This document shows positions 49,807 through 58,879 of a DNA stretch of 64,000 bases, one piece after another. A model generated the notes under the pieces. It made no database searches. It was not told the origin of the DNA and saw only the letters and a program-made list of their open reading frames with translations. Position 1 is the first letter of the stretch. The number at the start of each line of letters is the position of its first letter. Made by a program: the position numbers and the translations under genes. The stretch comes from Curvibacter sp. AEP1-3 (GTDB lineage Bacteria; Pseudomonadota; Gammaproteobacteria; Burkholderiales; Burkholderiaceae_C): contig CALRZY010000011.1 in assembly GCA_943372765.1 (NCBI GenBank), positions 7,412-71,411 of the forward strand, written 5' to 3'.

Positions 49807-51150
49807 TTATGGTTGTTGTGGGCGCAGCAGGGTTTCGATCTGCTGTGCGATGTTCAGGACCGCATCATCGCGCATCGCGCCCTGCCAGACCATCAGGCCC
49901 ACCGGCAATTCGTCCGGCGCGTGGCAGGGCAGGGAGATCGCGCAGCCGTCGAGCAGGTTGACCACACTGGGGTTGCGCAGCAGCAGGCCGTTGATGCGGA
50001 AGAAGGTTTCGTCGTGTTCGCTCCCCGGCAGCACACGCGCCAGCGGGGGCGCCACCATGGGCACGGTGGGGGAGAGCACCGCGTCGAAGCCGGCCAGGGC
50101 CAGCTCGACGCGTGCGATCCAGCTGCGCAGTGCCTGCAGCAGGTCGATGTAGTCGGCCGCGCTGATGGCTGCGCCGCGCTGGATGCGCGACAGGACGCGT
50201 GGATCGTACTGGGCGGCATGGTCAGCCAGCCGGTGGCGGTGCCAGGCGTAGCTCTCGGCGGCGGCAAAACCGCCACTGGCCTGCAGGCCCGCCAGCTCGC
50301 CCAGCGCAGGCAGGGCGAGTTCTTCGATGCGGGCGCCGGCGGCACGCAGGGCTTGCAAGGTGCGCTCGAGGGCGCGCGCCACGGTGGCGTCGATGCCGTC
50401 GAACATCACCTGCGGCACCACGGCCAGCCGGTAGGCGGAAAGCGGCGCTGAACTGCGGGTGACGCGGCGTGCGGCCAGGATCTCGTGCACCGTGATGGCG
50501 TCGCGCACCGAGCGGGTGATGGCACAGGCCGTGTCCAGCGTGAAGGACAGGGGGACCGTGCCGTCCAGCGGCACCAGGCGCTGGGTGCTCTTGAAGCCGA
50601 CCAGGCCCTGCAGGGCGGCGGGAATACGGATGGAGCCGCCGGTGTCCGAGCCCAGGCCCACCAAGGCTGCGCCCGCTGCGACCGAAACGGCCGCACCACT
50701 GGAAGAGCCGCCGGGCACACGCGGCACGTCGGTGGCCACCGCATTGGCGGGGGTGCCGTGGTGCGGGTTGACACCGACCCCCGAATAGGCGAACTCGGAC
50801 ATGTTGGTGCGGCCTATCAGGGCGGCGCCGGCAGCGCGCAGCCGGGCCACGGCCACGGCGTCCTGGCGGGCCGGCGCTGCGTCTGTCAGCACCACGGAGC
50901 CGGCACGGCTGACCTGGCCTTTCACGTCGAACAGGTCCTTGACCGAGACCGCCAGGCCAGCCAGGGGCTGCCGAGCCGGATGGGCAGCCGCAGCCTGTTC
51001 AACGGCGCCGTTGAAGTCGGTCTGCAGGAAAGCGTGCGCGCAGGCCGGGGCTGTGGCGCGTGCGATGGCCTGTTCGATCTCGGTCCCCGGACTGGTCTGG
51101 CCGGCCAGCAGGCGCTGGCGGATGGCGTGGAGGTCTGCGGCGGGTGTCAT
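49807..51150 (-). CDS. Amidase-signature family amidase
   Basis: The start is placed at the ATG at 51148-51150 (MTPAADLHAIRQRL). The amidase-signature motif is GGSSSGAAVSVAAGAALVGLGSDTGGSIRIPA. The track ORF extending to 51297 is over-extended. Confidence 0.85.
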   Translation of the reverse strand: MTPAADLHAIRQRLLAGQTSPGTEIEQAIARATAPACAHAFLQTDFNGAVEQAAAAHPARQPLAGLAVSVKDLFDVKGQVSRAGSVVLTDAAPARQDAVAVARLRAAGAALIGRTNMSEFAYSGVGVNPHHGTPANAVATDVPRVPGGSSSGAAVSVAAGAALVGLGSDTGGSIRIPAALQGLVGFKSTQRLVPLDGTVPLSFTLDTACAITRSVRDAITVHEILAARRVTRSSAPLSAYRLAVVPQVMFDGIDATVARALERTLQALRAAGARIEELALPALGELAGLQASGGFAAAESYAWHRHRLADHAAQYDPRVLSRIQRGAAISAADYIDLLQALRSWIARVELALAGFDAVLSPTVPMVAPPLARVLPGSEHDETFFRINGLLLRNPSVVNLLDGCAISLPCHAPDELPVGLMVWQGAMRDDAVLNIAQQIETLLRPQQP

Positions 51151-51158
51151 AGGGGCTG

Positions 51159-51167
51159 TGTTATACT
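51159..51167 (+). promoter_or_regulatory. Extended -10 element TGTTATACT, candidate rpsB promoter
   Basis: Read directly from the sequence. It implies an rpsB leader of about 140 nt containing repeated gcaaag/cgcaa motifs. Confidence 0.35.
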
Positions 51168-51314
51168 CGTCGGGCTTTGCTGGAAGGGCCTGCGCATATC
51201 GCGCAAGCAGCCGCAAAGCAAATCGCAAACCGGTCCATCCAGGTGTTGCAGCCGGCGCAAGACGCCGATTGCAAAGAGGACCGGATTTTAGACCCAACCT
51301 TCGGAGTTATTCAC

Positions 51315-52067
51315 ATGTCCGTGACCATGCGTCAAATGCTGGAAGCCGGTGTCCATTTTGGCCACCAGACCCGCTTCTGGAACCCCAAGATGGCCCCCTT
51401 CATCTTCGGCCATCGCAACAAGATCCACATCATCAACCTGGAAAAATCGCTGCCGATGTTCCAGGACGCAGCCAAGTTTGCCAAACAGCTGGCTGCCAAG
51501 CGCGGCACCATCCTGATGGTGGGTACCAAGCGCACCGCCCGCGAAACCGTGGCTGCCGAAGCCCAGCGCGCTGGCGTGCCCTATGTCGACCAGCGCTGGC
51601 TGGGCGGCATGCTGACCAACTTCAAGACCGTCAAGACCTCGATCAAGCGTCTGAAGGACATGAAGGCCCAGCAGGAAACCGGTCTGGACGCCATGAGCAA
51701 GAAAGAACAGCTGATGTTCGCCCGTGAACTCGAGAAGCTCGAGAAGGACATCGGCGGCATCCAGGACATGAACACCCTGCCGGACGCCATCTTCGTGATC
51801 GACGTCGGTTACCACAAGATCGCCATTGCCGAAGCCAAGAAGCTGGGCATTCCGCTGATCGGTGTGGTCGACTCCAACCATTCGCCCGAAGGCATCGACT
51901 ACGTGATCCCGGGCAACGACGACTCGTCCAAGGCCGTCACGTTGTACGCACGCGGCATCGCCGACGCCATCCTGGAAGGCCGTGCCAACGCTGTGGATGA
52001 CGTGGTCAAGGCCGTGGCGTCCGAGAGCGGCGACGAGTTCGTGGAAGTGAACGAAGCTTCCGCCTGA
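51315..52067 (+). CDS. rpsB: 30S ribosomal protein S2
   Basis: [32 protein letters not shown]. The ATG at 51315 follows ggag. Confidence 0.97.
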   Translation: MSVTMRQMLEAGVHFGHQTRFWNPKMAPFIFGHRNKIHIINLEKSLPMFQDAAKFAKQLAAKRGTILMVGTKRTARETVAAEAQRAGVPYVDQRWLGGMLTNFKTVKTSIKRLKDMKAQQETGLDAMSKKEQLMFARELEKLEKDIGGIQDMNTLPDAIFVIDVGYHKIAIAEAKKLGIPLIGVVDSNHSPEGIDYVIPGNDDSSKAVTLYARGIADAILEGRANAVDDVVKAVASESGDEFVEVNEASA

Positions 52068-52085
52068 TCCACGCCCGACCCGAAG

Positions 52086-52111
52086 AAAGGGGCGCTGTGC
52101 CCCTTTTTTTT
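52086..52111 (+). terminator. Hairpin plus T8 tract between rpsB and tsf (terminator/attenuator)
   Basis: aaaggggc-gctgt-gcccctttttttt, read directly from the sequence. Confidence 0.65.
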
Positions 52112-52150
52112 AGTCCCAATCTGATTTTGAATTGATGACGGAGTAAGAAG

Positions 52151-53074
52151 ATGGCTGCAATTACCGCAAGCATGGTTGCCGAACTGCGCGGCAAGACCGA
52201 CGCCCCGATGATGGAATGCAAGAAGGCCCTGACCGAGGCCGATGGCGACATGGCCAAGGCCGAAGAGCTGCTGCGCGTGAAGCTGGGCACCAAGGCCGGC
52301 AAGGCCGCCTCGCGCGTGACCGCCGAAGGCGTGGTGGCCAGCTCGATCAGCGGCAGCACCGGCGCGCTGATCGAAGTGAACTGCGAGACCGACTTCGTGA
52401 CCAAGAACGACAGCTTCCTGGCCCTGGCCAAGGCCGCTGCCGACCTGATCGCCAAGCACAAGCCGGCCGACGTGGCCGCCCTGGGCGCGCTGCCCTACAG
52501 CCAGGACGGCTTCGGCCCCACCCTGGAAGACGTTCGCAAGGGTCTGATCGGCAAGATCGGCGAGAACATGAGCTTCCGCCGTTTCAAGCATTTCTCCTCA
52601 GGCGCCAAGCTGGCCGCCTACCTGCACGGCACGCGCATCGGTGTGGTCGTGGAGTTCGACGGTGACGAGACCGCCGCCAAGGACGTTGCCATGCACGTGG
52701 CCGCCATGAAGCCGGTGGCACTGACCAGCGCCGATGTGCCGGCCGAACTGATCGAGAAGGAGCGTGCTGTGGCCGCCGGCAAGGCCGAAGAGGATCGCAA
52801 GACTGCTGAAGCCGCTGGCAAACCCGTGCAGCCTGCCGACATCGTCGCCAAGCGTATCGAGGGTGGCGTGCAGAAGTTCCTGAAGGAAGTCTCGCTGTTC
52901 AACCAGCCCTTCGTGAAGAACGACAAGCAGACCGTCGAGCAGATGCTCAAGGCGGCCGGCACCAGCGTCAAGGGCTTCACCCTGTACGTGGTGGGCGAGG
53001 GCATCGAGAAGAAGGTCGACGACTTCGCCGCCGAAGTGGCGGCCCAGGTGGCTGCCGCCAAGCAGGCGGGCTGA
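52151..53074 (+). CDS. tsf: Elongation factor Ts
   Basis: [42 protein letters not shown]. Confidence 0.97.
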   Translation: MAAITASMVAELRGKTDAPMMECKKALTEADGDMAKAEELLRVKLGTKAGKAASRVTAEGVVASSISGSTGALIEVNCETDFVTKNDSFLALAKAAADLIAKHKPADVAALGALPYSQDGFGPTLEDVRKGLIGKIGENMSFRRFKHFSSGAKLAAYLHGTRIGVVVEFDGDETAAKDVAMHVAAMKPVALTSADVPAELIEKERAVAAGKAEEDRKTAEAAGKPVQPADIVAKRIEGGVQKFLKEVSLFNQPFVKNDKQTVEQMLKAAGTSVKGFTLYVVGEGIEKKVDDFAAEVAAQVAAAKQAG

Positions 53075-53168
53075 GAGTCCGCTGGCCGAGCGACGGTTCG
53101 GCCAGGCGAAATCCTGTAAATTCCGTCTGTCCGGATCGCGTATCACCATCACCTGCAAGGAGCCCTTC

Positions 53169-53891
53169 ATGTCCGACCCCAAGCCAGCCTACAAGCGTAT
53201 TCTGCTTAAGCTGTCCGGGGAGGCCCTGATGGGCGAAGATGCCTTCGGCATCAACCATGCGACCATCCAGCGCATGGTGCAGGAGGTGGCTGATGTCACG
53301 CGCCTTGGGGTGGAGGTGGCCGTCGTCATCGGCGGCGGCAACATCTTCCGCGGTGTGGCCGGCGGCTCGGTCGGCATGGACCGTGCCACCGCCGACTACA
53401 TGGGCATGCTGGCCACCGTGATGAACGCGCTGGCGCTGGCCGACACCATGAACAAGGCGGGTCTGACCGCTCGCGTGATGTCGGCGATTGCCATCGAGCA
53501 GGTGGTCGAGCCCTATGTGCGCCCCAAGGCCCTGCAGTACCTCGAAGAGGGCAAGGTCGTGGTCTTCGCGGCCGGCACCGGGAATCCCTTCTTCACCACC
53601 GACACGGCCGCTGCGCTGCGCGGGGCCGAGATCGGGGCCGAGATGGTGCTCAAGGCCACCAAGGTGGATGGCGTCTACAGCGCCGATCCGAACAAGGACA
53701 AGACGGCTACCCGTTACAGCAAGATTTCCTTCGATGAGGCGATCTCGAAGAACCTCGGCATCATGGACGCCACGGCCTTTGCGCTGTGCCGCGACCAGAA
53801 GCTGCCGATCAAGGTGTTTTCCATTTTCAAGCACGGCGCGCTCAAGCGCGTCGTGATGGGTGAGGACGAGGGCACGCTGGTCTACGCCTGA
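53169..53891 (+). CDS. pyrH: UMP kinase
   Basis: [15 protein letters not shown]...[13 protein letters not shown]...[22 protein letters not shown]. Confidence 0.97.
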   Translation: MSDPKPAYKRILLKLSGEALMGEDAFGINHATIQRMVQEVADVTRLGVEVAVVIGGGNIFRGVAGGSVGMDRATADYMGMLATVMNALALADTMNKAGLTARVMSAIAIEQVVEPYVRPKALQYLEEGKVVVFAAGTGNPFFTTDTAAALRGAEIGAEMVLKATKVDGVYSADPNKDKTATRYSKISFDEAISKNLGIMDATAFALCRDQKLPIKVFSIFKHGALKRVVMGEDEGTLVYA

Positions 53892-53923
53892 GCGCAGCCG
53901 CTGATGCCGCAGAGGAGCAAAGC

Positions 53924-54484
53924 ATGACGATTGCAGACATCAAGAAAACCATGGAAACCAAGATGGACCAGTCCATCGAGGCCCTGAAGAACCATCTGTC
54001 CAAGATCCGTACCGGCCGCGCGAATCCGTCGCTGCTCGATTCCCTGCAGGTCGAGTACTACGGCGCCATGGTGCCGCTGAGCCAGGTGGCCAACGTCAAC
54101 TTGCTCGATGCTCGCACCATCAGCGTGCAGCCCTGGGAAAAGGGCATGGGCGCCAAGATCGAGAAGGCCATTCGTGAGAGTGATCTGGGCCTGAACCCGG
54201 CCTCCATGGGCGACCTGATCCGCGTGCCCATGCCGCCGATGAGCGAGGAGCGCCGCAAGGAGATGACCAAGCTGGTGCGCACCGAGGGCGAGAACGCCAA
54301 GATCGCCGTGCGCAACCTGCGTCGTGATGCCAATGAGGCCGTCAAGAAGCTGGTCAAGGACAAGGTTGCTTCCGAGGACGACCAGAAGCGTTCCGAGGCT
54401 GACATCCAGAAGCTGACCGACAAGCATGTCGCGACCATCGACCAATTGGTCGCCGGCAAGGAACAGGAAGTGATGGCGGTATAA
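53924..54484 (+). CDS. frr: Ribosome recycling factor
   Basis: 186 aa. The sequence reads [23 protein letters not shown]...[20 protein letters not shown]. Confidence 0.97.
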   Translation: MTIADIKKTMETKMDQSIEALKNHLSKIRTGRANPSLLDSLQVEYYGAMVPLSQVANVNLLDARTISVQPWEKGMGAKIEKAIRESDLGLNPASMGDLIRVPMPPMSEERRKEMTKLVRTEGENAKIAVRNLRRDANEAVKKLVKDKVASEDDQKRSEADIQKLTDKHVATIDQLVAGKEQEVMAV

Positions 54485-54653
54485 ACGTGGCCCCCACGCT
54501 TGCCACTCCGTGTGCTGCGCTGGACGTGCCGATGCCTGAGGCAACGGCTCTTCGCGCCGTCCCGCCCTGCGCAGGCAGGCCGGGAGCCGCGGCACTCAGC
54601 CCCAAGGAGGCCCTCGCGCCTTGGGGCGGCCCGGCGGCGCTCACACCGTCCAC

Positions 54654-55394
54654 ATGCCCATCATGAACTCGCCTGGCGGCATGCCGCAACACATCGCCAT
54701 CGTCATGGATGGCAATGGCCGCTGGGCCGCCAAGCGTTTCCTGCCGCGTCTGGCAGGCCATCGTCAGGGCATGGAAAGCCTGCGCCGCTGCATCCGCGCC
54801 TGCCTGGACCGTGGGGTGCGGGTGCTGACGGTCTTTGCCTTTTCTTCCGAAAACTGGAACCGCCCGGCCGACGAGGTTTCAGGGCTGATGGATCTGTTGG
54901 CCACCGCTCTGGCCAAGGAGGTTCCGCAGCTGCTCGAGGATGGCGTGCGCCTGCATTTCGTGGGCGAGCGCCAGGGTCTGTCGGACAAGGTCCGCTCGGG
55001 CCTGGGCCAGGCCGAACGGGCCACGGCAGCCAACAGCAAGCTTATTCTGAACGTGTGCTTCAACTACGGCGGTCGCTGGGACATCGCCCAGGCGGCAGCC
55101 CGGCTGGCGTCACAGGGGCGGCCCATCACGGAGATGGCGCTGCACCAGGCCATGGCCATGGCCCATGTCCCCGACCCGGACCTGATCATCCGCACCGGTG
55201 GTGAATTGCGCCTGAGCAACTTCCTGCTCTGGCAGGCGGCTTATGCCGAACTCTTTTTCAGCGACAGGCTGTGGCCCGACTTCGACGAAGCCGAACTCGA
55301 CCGTGCCATCGCCGAATTCAACCGGCGCGAACGCCGCTTTGGTCAGACCTCCGAACAACTGCAGCCAGCGCTTGTCGAGCGCAATCTGGCCTGA
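54654..55394 (+). CDS. uppS: Undecaprenyl-diphosphate synthase (di-trans,poly-cis)
   Basis: HIAIVMDGNGRWAAKR...AFSSENWNRP...IRTGGELRLSNFLLWQAAYAELFF. The start is ambiguous among the ATGs at 54654, 54663 and 54681. Confidence 0.92.
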   Translation: MPIMNSPGGMPQHIAIVMDGNGRWAAKRFLPRLAGHRQGMESLRRCIRACLDRGVRVLTVFAFSSENWNRPADEVSGLMDLLATALAKEVPQLLEDGVRLHFVGERQGLSDKVRSGLGQAERATAANSKLILNVCFNYGGRWDIAQAAARLASQGRPITEMALHQAMAMAHVPDPDLIIRTGGELRLSNFLLWQAAYAELFFSDRLWPDFDEAELDRAIAEFNRRERRFGQTSEQLQPALVERNLA

Positions 55395-55403
55395 GGAAAC
55401 ACC

Positions 55404-56258
55404 ATGCTCAAGCAGCGCATCATCACGGCCGTCATCCTCCTGCTGATCCTGTTGCCGGCGCTGTTTCACTCCGACACGCTGTACTGGCGCCTGGTCACGC
55501 TGGTCCTGATTGCCGCCGCGGCCTGGGAGTGGGCGCGGCTCAATGGCCTGGGCCTCTATGGGGCCTGGATCGGTGCTTTTGCCTGTCTGGTGGCCTGTGT
55601 CATGGCCTGGGACCTGGGGCTGCTGGCCAGCCGCCAGCCGCTGCTGTGGATCACGGCGGGCGGAGCGTGGGTGCTGGTCGGTGCGGCCCTGCTCAAGGCC
55701 GGCGTGGGCCGCTGGGGCCAGTTGCCGCGCCTGCTGCGCCTGGGCGGGGGCTGGCTCGCCCTGTGGCTGACCTGGCTGGCCGTGGTGCAGGCACGTGAGG
55801 TCGGCATCACCTTTCTGCTCTCCATCCTGCTGCTGGTCTGGATGGCAGATGTCGCCGCCTATTTTGCCGGCAAGGCCTGGGGCGGGCGTTTCAGCGCGGT
55901 CAGGCTGGCGCCGGCCATCAGTCCCGGCAAGAGTTGGGAAGGGGTCTGGGGCGGCATTTTGGGTGTGCTGCTGCTGACCGGAGTCTGGCTGGCGCTGGAG
56001 CGTTCCGGCGTGCTGCCGCCGCCCAGCCTTTACGGCCATCTGCAGTCCAAAGGCGGCTGGCTGCTGCTGCTGCTGGCCGTGTTGTTCCTGGCGGCCATGA
56101 GCGTGGTGGGCGATCTGGTCGAGTCGCTGGTCAAGCGCAGCGCCGGCGCCAAGGACAGCAGCCGCCTCCTGCCCGGCCATGGTGGTGTGCTCGATCGCGT
56201 GGATGCCCTGCTGCCCACGCTGCCCCTGGCCATGATGTTCTATTCCGTGCTGCACTGA
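55404..56258 (+). CDS. cdsA: Phosphatidate cytidylyltransferase
   Basis: 284 aa, polytopic membrane protein. The C-terminal signature is SLVKRSAGAKDSSRLLPGHGGVLDRVDALL. Confidence 0.9.
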   Translation: MLKQRIITAVILLLILLPALFHSDTLYWRLVTLVLIAAAAWEWARLNGLGLYGAWIGAFACLVACVMAWDLGLLASRQPLLWITAGGAWVLVGAALLKAGVGRWGQLPRLLRLGGGWLALWLTWLAVVQAREVGITFLLSILLLVWMADVAAYFAGKAWGGRFSAVRLAPAISPGKSWEGVWGGILGVLLLTGVWLALERSGVLPPPSLYGHLQSKGGWLLLLLAVLFLAAMSVVGDLVESLVKRSAGAKDSSRLLPGHGGVLDRVDALLPTLPLAMMFYSVLH

Positions 56259-57454
56259 TGAAACCGAAACAGCGCGTTGCCATCCTCGGCGCCACCGGCT
56301 CGATCGGCACGAGCACGCTGGACGTGCTGGCGCGGCATCCGCAGCGTTTCGAGGTGTTTGCGCTGACCGCGGCCACCCAGGTGGACCTGCTGCTGCAGCA
56401 ATGCCTGCAGTTCACCCCGCGTTATGCTGTTCTGGCCAGTCCGGCCCATGCCACCCAGCTGGCAGAGCGCCTGAAAGCGGCCGGCTCGCGCACCCAGGTG
56501 CTTGGCGGCCCGCAGGCGCTGGTGGACATTGCGGCGCACGAGGAGGTCGACGCCGTGATGGCAGCCATCGTGGGCGCGGCCGGCCTGGCGCCCTGCCTGG
56601 CGGCGGCGCGCTCCGGCAAGCGCTTGCTGCTGGCCAACAAGGAAGCCCTGGTGGTGGGCGGCGAGTTCTTCATGCAGACCGTGCGCACGGGCGGCGCCAC
56701 GTTGTTGCCGATCGACAGCGAGCACTCGGCGATCTTCCAGTCGCTGCCCGAGGATCCGCTCACCTGGTCGCAGCGCGTGCACAAGATCATCCTGACGGCT
56801 TCGGGCGGACCCTTCCGCACGCGCGATCCGCAGACCCTGCGCGAGGTCACGCCCGAGCAGGCCTGCGCCCACCCGAACTGGGTGATGGGGCGCAAGATCT
56901 CGGTGGATTCGGCCACCATGATGAACAAGGCGCTGGAGGTGATCGAGGCACGTTACCTGTTCGGTCTCGAGCCGCAGCGGCTGGAGGTGGTGATCCACCC
57001 GCAGAGCGTGATCCATTCCATGGTGCAGTACAGCGACCACTCGGTGGTGGCGCAGCTGGGCACGCCCGACATGCGCGTGCCGATCGCCTACGGCCTGTCC
57101 TGGCCCGAGCGCATGGCCTCGGGCGCGGCGGCACTGGACTTCCGCACACTGGCTGCCATGACCTTCGAGTCCATGGATGCGCCCGGCCACGCGCAGCGCT
57201 TCCCTGGCATCGGCCTGGCCTGGGACGCGCTGCGCGGCCCATCCGGCACCACGGCCGTGCTCAATGCTGCGAACGAGGTGGCCGTGGCGGCTTTCCTCGA
57301 GCGCCGTATCCGCTTCGACCAGATCCATGCGGTCAACCTGGGCACCCTGGAGGCCGTTGTGCCGGCGGCCCCCGCTTCGCTGGACGATCTGCTGGCGCTG
57401 GACGCGCAGTCGCGTGCGGCGGCAGCGCAGTGCCTGCGTGGACTGACGGCCTGA
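56258..57454 (+). CDS. dxr: 1-deoxy-D-xylulose-5-phosphate reductoisomerase
   Basis: MKPKQRVAILGATGSIGTSTLDVL...LLANKEALV...IDSEHSAIFQ. The ATG overlaps the cdsA stop (TGATG). Confidence 0.95.
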   Translation: MKPKQRVAILGATGSIGTSTLDVLARHPQRFEVFALTAATQVDLLLQQCLQFTPRYAVLASPAHATQLAERLKAAGSRTQVLGGPQALVDIAAHEEVDAVMAAIVGAAGLAPCLAAARSGKRLLLANKEALVVGGEFFMQTVRTGGATLLPIDSEHSAIFQSLPEDPLTWSQRVHKIILTASGGPFRTRDPQTLREVTPEQACAHPNWVMGRKISVDSATMMNKALEVIEARYLFGLEPQRLEVVIHPQSVIHSMVQYSDHSVVAQLGTPDMRVPIAYGLSWPERMASGAAALDFRTLAAMTFESMDAPGHAQRFPGIGLAWDALRGPSGTTAVLNAANEVAVAAFLERRIRFDQIHAVNLGTLEAVVPAAPASLDDLLALDAQSRAAAAQCLRGLTA

Positions 57455-57470
57455 AGCCCGAAGGACAGAC

Positions 57471-58832
57471 ATGCTGACCGTTGTTGCTTTCATCGTCGCC
57501 CTGGGGCTGCTGATCGCCATCCATGAATACGGACACTACCGCATGGCCGTGGCCTGTGGTGTCAAGGTGCTGCGCTTCTCGGTCGGTTTTGGCCACACCC
57601 TGCTGCGCTGGCAGCCCAAGGGCTCGGGGACCGAGTTCGTGCTGGGGGCTTTCCCGCTGGGCGGTTATGTCCGCATGCTGGACGAACGCGAAGCACCCGT
57701 GGATCCGCAGGAGCGGCACCTGGCCTTCAACAACCAGCCGCTGCGCTCGCGCGCCCTGATCGTCGCAGCCGGCCCGCTGGCCAATCTGCTGCTGGCCGTG
57801 TTGCTGTATGCCGTCGTGAACTGGAGTGGCGTGCAGCTGGCCAGCCCCGTGCTGGGCCGTCCGGTAGCCGATTCGGTGGCCGAGCGCGCCGGGCTGGTTG
57901 GGGGCGAGCGTGTCGAGCGCGCCGGTTTTGTGGACAGTGAACTGCAGAGGGTGGCCTCCTACGAGGATGTGCGCTGGCTGCTCACGCGAGGTGCCCTGGA
58001 GGGGCACGATGTGCGCCTGGCGCTGGTGGGGCGACCGGGTCATGAGGCCCGCGAAGTCGTGCTGCCGCTGGCGGGCATGGAGGCCCGCGACGCCGACGCT
58101 CAATTGTTTGAACGCATCGGTATCGTGACGCCCATGAGCCTGCCGCAGATCGGTGACATCTCGCCTGGCAGTGCGGCCGAGCGCTCGGGCCTGCGCGCAG
58201 GTGACCTGGTACTCAGCATCGAAGGGCAGACCCTGGTGGATGCGCGCCAGCTGCGCGAGGCGATCCGGGCCTCGGTGCGTGAGGGCCAACCGGTCAGCAA
58301 GAGCTGGCGCATCGAGCGTGAGGGCGTCCAGATGATGCTCACCGTCAAGCCTGATGCGGTGCAGCAGGGTGAAATGGTGATCGGACGCATCGGCGCCTAC
58401 GTCGGGGCGGCACCGGAGATGGTGACGGTGCACCATGGTCCGGTGGACGGCCTGTGGCAAGGATTGGTGCGGACCTGGGAGGTCTCGGTGCTGACGCTGC
58501 GCACCCTGGGGCGCATGGTCATCGGCGAAGCGTCGCTGAAGAACCTCAGCGGTCCGCTGACCATCGCGGACTACGCGGGGCGCTCCGCCAGCCTGGGCCT
58601 GACGCAGTACCTGGTTTTTCTGGCCTTGATCAGTGTCAGCCTGGGGGTGCTCAATCTGCTGCCGCTACCGGTGCTCGATGGGGGGCACCTGATGTATTAT
58701 CTCTGGGAGGGTGTCACGGGCAGGCCCGTGTCGGAAGCCTGGCTGGAGCGCCTGCAGCGTGCGGGTGTCGCCGTGCTGGCGCTCATGATGTCCATCGCGC
58801 TGTTCAATGACCTGACCCGTCTGCTGGGCTGA
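57471..58832 (+). CDS. rseP: RIP zinc metalloprotease RseP
   Basis: 453 aa. It has the HEYGH zinc motif, PDZ domains and the C-terminal LNLLPLPVLDGGH motif. Confidence 0.93.
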   Translation: MLTVVAFIVALGLLIAIHEYGHYRMAVACGVKVLRFSVGFGHTLLRWQPKGSGTEFVLGAFPLGGYVRMLDEREAPVDPQERHLAFNNQPLRSRALIVAAGPLANLLLAVLLYAVVNWSGVQLASPVLGRPVADSVAERAGLVGGERVERAGFVDSELQRVASYEDVRWLLTRGALEGHDVRLALVGRPGHEAREVVLPLAGMEARDADAQLFERIGIVTPMSLPQIGDISPGSAAERSGLRAGDLVLSIEGQTLVDARQLREAIRASVREGQPVSKSWRIEREGVQMMLTVKPDAVQQGEMVIGRIGAYVGAAPEMVTVHHGPVDGLWQGLVRTWEVSVLTLRTLGRMVIGEASLKNLSGPLTIADYAGRSASLGLTQYLVFLALISVSLGVLNLLPLPVLDGGHLMYYLWEGVTGRPVSEAWLERLQRAGVAVLALMMSIALFNDLTRLLG

Positions 58833-58879
58833 ACCACCTGACCGTGCACGTGTGTCCCGGCCAAATTTCAAGTTGATCG

